The notes beneath the pieces are model-generated. The model saw nothing but the letters and a program-made list of their open reading frames with translations. It was not told where the DNA came from and did not search any database. A stretch of DNA of 64,000 nucleotides from Hydrurus foetidus. Taxonomy: Eukaryota. Positions 59,886 through 64,000 of this stretch are shown one piece after another (the first letter of the stretch is position 1; the number at the start of each line of letters is the position of its first letter). The position numbers and the translations under genes were made by a program. The stretch spans positions 496,001 to 560,000 of the forward strand of contig UYFQ01000006.1 in the NCBI GenBank assembly GCA_900617105.1, read 5' to 3'.

Positions 59886-60005
59886 GGTTTTCTCCGTTAG
59901 GGGGTTGGGGTGAGATAAGGGGCTGGGTAGCGCCTCGCGCATGGTAAGCGGACACGGGGTAAGGGCAGGTGATTTTTCGGGTATTTTCGTGCGCTGGATA
60001 CTCTG

Positions 60006-60072
60006 TATTTTAAATTAGTCAGAATTTCAATTTTAATTAGTCAGAATTTAAGTTCTAATTAGTCAAGCTTTT
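60006..60072 (+). repeat. Three AT-rich 22-bp tandem repeats
   Basis: AATTAGTCA at 60013, 60035 and 60057. Confidence 0.9.
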
Positions 60073-60091
60073 AATCCCTCTCGCCCAAGAC

Positions 60092-61354
60092 ATGAGCACT
60101 GCTTTCCCTCCCCCTTCCAGTACCGGCATCGCCCGCTATGTACAGGGCAAAATCACCACTGCTTTGCAAGACACGCGGGTGGTACTGATCGTTGGGCCAC
60201 GGCAGGCGGGTAAGACCACGCTGGCCCGGCTCTATGCAAGCCGAGACCGCCCCTACCTCACGTTGGACGACCCAGCCACCTTGGCTGCAGCGCGATCAGA
60301 CCCCACCGGGTTCGTGCGGGGCTTGAAGCAAGCCGTCATCGACGAAGTGCAGCGCGTGCCAGACCTGTTGCTCGCCATCAAAGAAAGTGTGGACAAAGAC
60401 CAAACGCCGGGGCGCTTCTTGTTGACAGGGTCTACCAACCTGATGGCCATGCCTATCGTGGCCGACTCGTTGGCAGGCAGGCTCGAAGTCATCACCCTGC
60501 TGCCCTTCGCCCAAGCTGAGCTCGCGGGAACCCAGGGTGATCTGTTGGACCGGCTGTTTGACGGTGCCGGTTTGCCCAGCGTGGTCAGCCCCTTGGTGGG
60601 CGACGATTTGATGGACTGCGTGCTCAAGGGCGGCTACCCCGAAGCGCTGCGCCGCACCAACGTCGGCCGCCGCCAGACTTGGCTGCAAGATTATGTGGCC
60701 CTCATTTTGGACCGGGATGTGCGTGACCTCGCCAACATTGACCAGCTCGACCGCATGCCACGTCTGCTCGATGTGCTGGCCGCCCACGCCGGGCAGTTGG
60801 TCAACCACAGCAGCTATGGCGCGGCCCTCGGACTGACCGCACCCACGGCACAGAAATATGTCGGTCTCTTGGAACGCTTGTTTCTGACGCAGCATGTACC
60901 GCCTTGGTCGAGCAACGCCCTCAGCCGCCTCATGAAAACACCCAAACTCCATTTTGTAGACACCGGTTTGCTGGCAGCGTTGCAAGGCGTTACCGCCCCC
61001 CAACTGCACAAAGACCGCACCGCCTATGGCCCGCTGCTGGAGAACTTCGTCGTGTCCGAAGTCCTCAAACTCACCACTTGGTCGGAGAAGCGGCTGCGCA
61101 TTTCACACTTTCGAACCAAAGAGCAAGACGAGGTAGATTTGGTTTTAGAAGATCGGCGCGGGCGCGTCATCGGCATTGAGGTCAAAGCTTCAGCCACGGT
61201 GCGAGGGCAAGACCTGCGCGGCCTGCGCAAACTGCAAGAGGCTGTGGGCGACAAATTTGTGCAGGGCTTGGTGCTGCACGACCATGACCGCATCACACCG
61301 TTTGACGAAAAACTGCACGCGGCCCCGGTGTCGCTGCTGTGGCAAGCGGCGTAG
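60092..61354 (+). CDS. AAA_14 ATPase with DUF4143 and C-terminal PD-(D/E)xK-like domain
   Basis: GPRQAGKTT, IDEVQ, LTGS, GGYP, KLHFVDTG, EVDLV...IEVK. Confidence 0.92.
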   Translation: MSTAFPPPSSTGIARYVQGKITTALQDTRVVLIVGPRQAGKTTLARLYASRDRPYLTLDDPATLAAARSDPTGFVRGLKQAVIDEVQRVPDLLLAIKESVDKDQTPGRFLLTGSTNLMAMPIVADSLAGRLEVITLLPFAQAELAGTQGDLLDRLFDGAGLPSVVSPLVGDDLMDCVLKGGYPEALRRTNVGRRQTWLQDYVALILDRDVRDLANIDQLDRMPRLLDVLAAHAGQLVNHSSYGAALGLTAPTAQKYVGLLERLFLTQHVPPWSSNALSRLMKTPKLHFVDTGLLAALQGVTAPQLHKDRTAYGPLLENFVVSEVLKLTTWSEKRLRISHFRTKEQDEVDLVLEDRRGRVIGIEVKASATVRGQDLRGLRKLQEAVGDKFVQGLVLHDHDRITPFDEKLHAAPVSLLWQAA

Positions 61355-61520
61355 GCATTACAGCTTGGGCCAAGCGGCATGCTGCCAGACGTAGCGCGGT
61401 GTGGGTGGCGTGAATTGCTTGCGCGTGAGCCGCATTGCAGAGAATACGGCTCAAAAAGTGAAGCATATTATTGGGTATGCGCCTTAGTAGAAGGCTGTAT
61501 ATGGAAAGTTTGCTATTAAA

Positions 61521-61550
61521 TCAGTGGACGAATTCAAGTTCGCGGGGCAT
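61521..61550 (-). pseudogene. Possible 5' stub of a hipA-like toxin gene (MPRELEFVH*)
   Basis: ATG 1 nt after the antitoxin stop, with SD GGAGAGG; closes after 9 codons. Confidence 0.45.
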
Positions 61551-61551
61551 C

Positions 61552-61785
61552 TCAGCACACCTCTCCAGCCGTCAACCCCTCAACCGCCAACGTGCCGCCC
61601 AGTGCGTTCAGCACGCGGAGCATGGTGGCGAGGCGGATGGTGGGTTTTCCGGCTTCGAGTTCGACGATAAAGCGCACGCCGACACCGGAGGCCAGGGCGA
61701 GTTGGGGCTGGGTCAGGCCGAGTTGTTTGCGGGCGCTGCGGGCTGCTTGGCCGAGTGCGGTGGGGGTGTTGATGGGGGTGGTCAC
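61552..61785 (-). CDS. HipB-like (y4mF family) XRE HTH antitoxin
   Basis: RKQLGLTQPQLALASGVGVRFIVELEAGKPT. Confidence 0.88.
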   Translation of the reverse strand: MTTPINTPTALGQAARSARKQLGLTQPQLALASGVGVRFIVELEAGKPTIRLATMLRVLNALGGTLAVEGLTAGEVC

Positions 61786-61791
61786 GGGGAT

Positions 61792-61903
61792 TTCCTGTTC
61801 GGGAAATTATGCGTGGTTTGCTTGGGATTGGCAACGAAATTTCCCTTTCGGGAAATAACGGCTAAAAAACCGAGCTTTTGGGATGAAATTTTCCGAACGG
61901 GAT
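61792..61903. promoter_or_regulatory. Three palindromic operators spaced 49 bp apart, upstream of the hipB-like gene
   Basis: TTCCTGTTCGGGAA (61792), TTCCCTTTCGGGAA (61841), TTTCCGAACGGGAT (61890). Confidence 0.8.
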
Positions 61904-61908
61904 TGACC

Positions 61909-62253
61909 TCAAACCTTCTTCAAAAAGCAGGCTTTCAGCATGAAACTCCCCGCGTCCATCTTGCAGTCCACCTCGTGGTCGCCGCCGACCAAGCGGATGC
62001 TTTTGACTTTGGTGCCCATTTTCAGGACGGTGGACGAGCCTTTGACTTTCAGGTCTTTGATGAGGACGACGGCATCGCCATCGGCGAGCACTTGGCCGTT
62101 GGCGTCTTTGACCACCGCGTCGGCTTCGTCGTCGGTGTGGGCCGCTGCGGCTTGGGGCCATTCATGGCCGCAGTCGGCGCAGACAAAGTTGTCGGCATCG
62201 GGGTAGGTGTTGGCCAGGGTGCATTGGGGGCAGGGTGGGGATGGGTTTGTCAT
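61909..62253 (-). CDS. yjdM: Zinc-ribbon protein YjdM/PhnA family
   Basis: CPQC...CADCGHEW, KDANG.LADGD, IKDLKVKGSS. Confidence 0.92.
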   Translation of the reverse strand: MTNPSPPCPQCTLANTYPDADNFVCADCGHEWPQAAAAHTDDEADAVVKDANGQVLADGDAVVLIKDLKVKGSSTVLKMGTKVKSIRLVGGDHEVDCKMDAGSFMLKACFLKKV

Positions 62254-62292
62254 GGGGCGATTCTCTCTTGTCAATCGCCGCTCATTCGCCGG

Positions 62293-62970
62293 TCACGCCC
62301 CCAGTTCGATGACACCTGCGAGCGGCACGTCTGCCGGGGCTTCGTAGCCTGCGACCACCCAAGCCCGCGTGGGGTGCTGCGAAGCTTCTCTGAGCAGGGT
62401 CAACACGAACGCAATGGAGGCTTTGTCCAGCGCGGCAAACGGGTCGTCGAGCAGGGTCACGGGGGCACCGGATGCGAACGCGGCGGCCAGCCAGACTTTG
62501 CGCTTGGAGCCGGTGGAAAGCATGTACAGGGGTTTGTTCAGGTGCGGTGTCAGCCCCAGGCTAACGGCCAGTTCGGTGGCGCGTTGCGCGTCAAACTGGG
62601 AGTAGCGACGGGGCAGCGACTGAAAGTAGTCAGCGGCTGAGGTTTGCTCCCATGCCTCTGAGCGCGGGTCGGCCCAGAAGACTTGCTGCTGGTAGGTGCT
62701 GAGCGAGGGCTTCAGGGGCACGCCGTTGAGGTGGAAATCGCCTGACTGCGCACTTAGTTCGCCAGCCAACAAGCGCAGCAGCGTGGTTTTGCCTGTGGCC
62801 TCGTCACCCTGTACCGATGTGATGCCGGGTGGGATGTGGGTTGACCAATGGGCAAACAGGGTGCGCTGGGGGTAGGCCCAGCAAAGGCGGGCTACTTGCA
62901 GTACAGCGGGGTTTGCCGCAGGTGGTGCAGCGGAGCAGATTGTGGGGGTGAGAGTAGTGTCGTGGCGCAT
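62293..62970 (-). CDS. Stand-alone ABC-type ATP-binding protein
   Basis: GDEATGKTT, LSTGSKRK, LLDDPFAALD. Confidence 0.85.
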   Translation of the reverse strand: MRHDTTLTPTICSAAPPAANPAVLQVARLCWAYPQRTLFAHWSTHIPPGITSVQGDEATGKTTLLRLLAGELSAQSGDFHLNGVPLKPSLSTYQQQVFWADPRSEAWEQTSAADYFQSLPRRYSQFDAQRATELAVSLGLTPHLNKPLYMLSTGSKRKVWLAAAFASGAPVTLLDDPFAALDKASIAFVLTLLREASQHPTRAWVVAGYEAPADVPLAGVIELGA

Positions 62971-63059
62971 GGGGCTTCTAGTGTTTTCGCTATCATGGAT
63001 CGCTTGCTGGCGGCATCTTGTTCCGCCGCGTGCTTCACAGATCTCTTCACGGCCTTTCT

Positions 63060-63932
63060 ATGACACGCGTACTGTTCCAAAGTCCATTTTTTCGCAACCT
63101 GGCTGGGTCAGCGTTGCTGACGCTGTGCGCGGTGTCGCAAGCACAAGTGCCGGAGCAGATAACGTGGGGCTGGTTCAACGCTGCACCTTACATGATTCCC
63201 GAGGGTATGGATGCAGGGCTGGGCATTTTTGACCAAGCTCGCAAGGTGCTTAAAACGCAACTGCCGGACTACGTACACACCGACATTGTGGCCCCGTTTC
63301 CCCGTATTTTTGATGAAATTAAGAAGGGTCACGCTTGGTGCTTTGCGGGTGGCGTTAAAACACCTGAGCGCGAAGAGTTTGCTTATTTTTCTCTGCCCAT
63401 CGCTGTTTTTTTACCCTTCCACATCGTGCTGCACAAGGGCGGGAAAATCCAGTCAACCCACAAAACCCAGCCCACAGGCCCGCAATCGCTGGAGTCATTG
63501 TTGACCCAGCCTAGCTTGCAAACCAGTGTGCTGAGGGGGCGCTCTGTCTCACCCGCCATTGACGCGTTGCTGCAACAGCATCCCCCTGCGCAGACGCATT
63601 CGGACTTCAAAGCGGCGCTTCAAATGCTGTTGGCTGACCGACTGGATTACCTGATCGAGATGCCGGTCATCACCGCGTACCAAAGCCGACAAATGGGGCA
63701 GCCGGACAGTTTGGTGTACTTGCCGATCCAAGAGGGCGCCGAGGTGGTGCTGAACCGCGTGATGTGCCCGAAAACGCCCTGGGGACGCAAGCTGATCGAC
63801 GACATCAATGGGGTTTTAAAGCGTGAACGGGTGAAGCCGCATTACCGTCAGCTGGTGGAAAAGTGGTCAGACCCCAGCAGCGTAAAGCAGATTCGCGGCC
63901 TGTACGACACCTTGTTCCTCAATACCCCATAA
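63060..63932 (+). CDS. TIGR02285-like periplasmic substrate-binding protein
   Basis: Signal peptide ending SQA; APFPRI, KTPERE, LADRLDY, CPKTPWG. Confidence 0.8.
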   Translation: MTRVLFQSPFFRNLAGSALLTLCAVSQAQVPEQITWGWFNAAPYMIPEGMDAGLGIFDQARKVLKTQLPDYVHTDIVAPFPRIFDEIKKGHAWCFAGGVKTPEREEFAYFSLPIAVFLPFHIVLHKGGKIQSTHKTQPTGPQSLESLLTQPSLQTSVLRGRSVSPAIDALLQQHPPAQTHSDFKAALQMLLADRLDYLIEMPVITAYQSRQMGQPDSLVYLPIQEGAEVVLNRVMCPKTPWGRKLIDDINGVLKRERVKPHYRQLVEKWSDPSSVKQIRGLYDTLFLNTP

Positions 63933-64000
63933 TTTTGACCGACAAGATGGTCAACACGCCGCCACCCGCAGGGGAAAACCATGCGCTAAGAGACTTTGCC

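Noticed and set aside
60006..60072. CRISPR mini-array
   Set aside because: Units are contiguous with no unique spacers and no cas genes; the dispersed motif is also not arrayed
63919..64000. Sigma28-like TCAAT-N14-ACCGACAA and a possible ORF running off the window end
   Set aside because: Several mismatches, and the downstream gene is not visible

Overview
Chromosomal window from a GC-rich betaproteobacterium; gene order and protein style suggest Comamonadaceae (Rhodoferax/Polaromonas-like), which is an inference. It starts with the core block recQ(partial) / gyrB-dnaN-dnaA / rpmH-rnpA-yidD-yidC-(inserted OMP)-mnmE, then a CPA2 K+/H+ antiporter, kdsD-kdsC-lptC-SDR and a Gly-rich RRM protein. 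The accessory part holds: an ECF sigma/ZAS anti-sigma pair divergent from a bufferin-type RiPP operon (DUF2282-DUF692-DUF2063-DoxX) that runs directly into egtB-egtD; two orphan Ser/Thr-rich proteins behind sigma28-like promoters; a SAM-II riboswitch with a visible terminator/antiterminator ahead of a single-ORF MetX-MetW fusion; chrB-chrA with a structured leader; a MarR/siderophore-interacting-protein pair; a tetronate operon (ltnD-TRAP-otnK-otnC-otnI); an AAA-ATPase/DUF3226 pair; a LysR-linked L-lyxonate-like sugar-acid island with two ABC transporters; an AAA_14/DUF4143 ATPase behind 22-bp repeats; and an orphan hipB-like gene with a hipA-like stub. The most striking unexplained signal is a dispersed ~56-bp two-palindrome motif (GCTAY-N7-RTAGC-N6-CGC...GCGC plus tail) found by eye 13 times, 10 of them in-frame inside intact protein-coding genes. 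All family assignments come from recognising motifs by eye; no database was searched.
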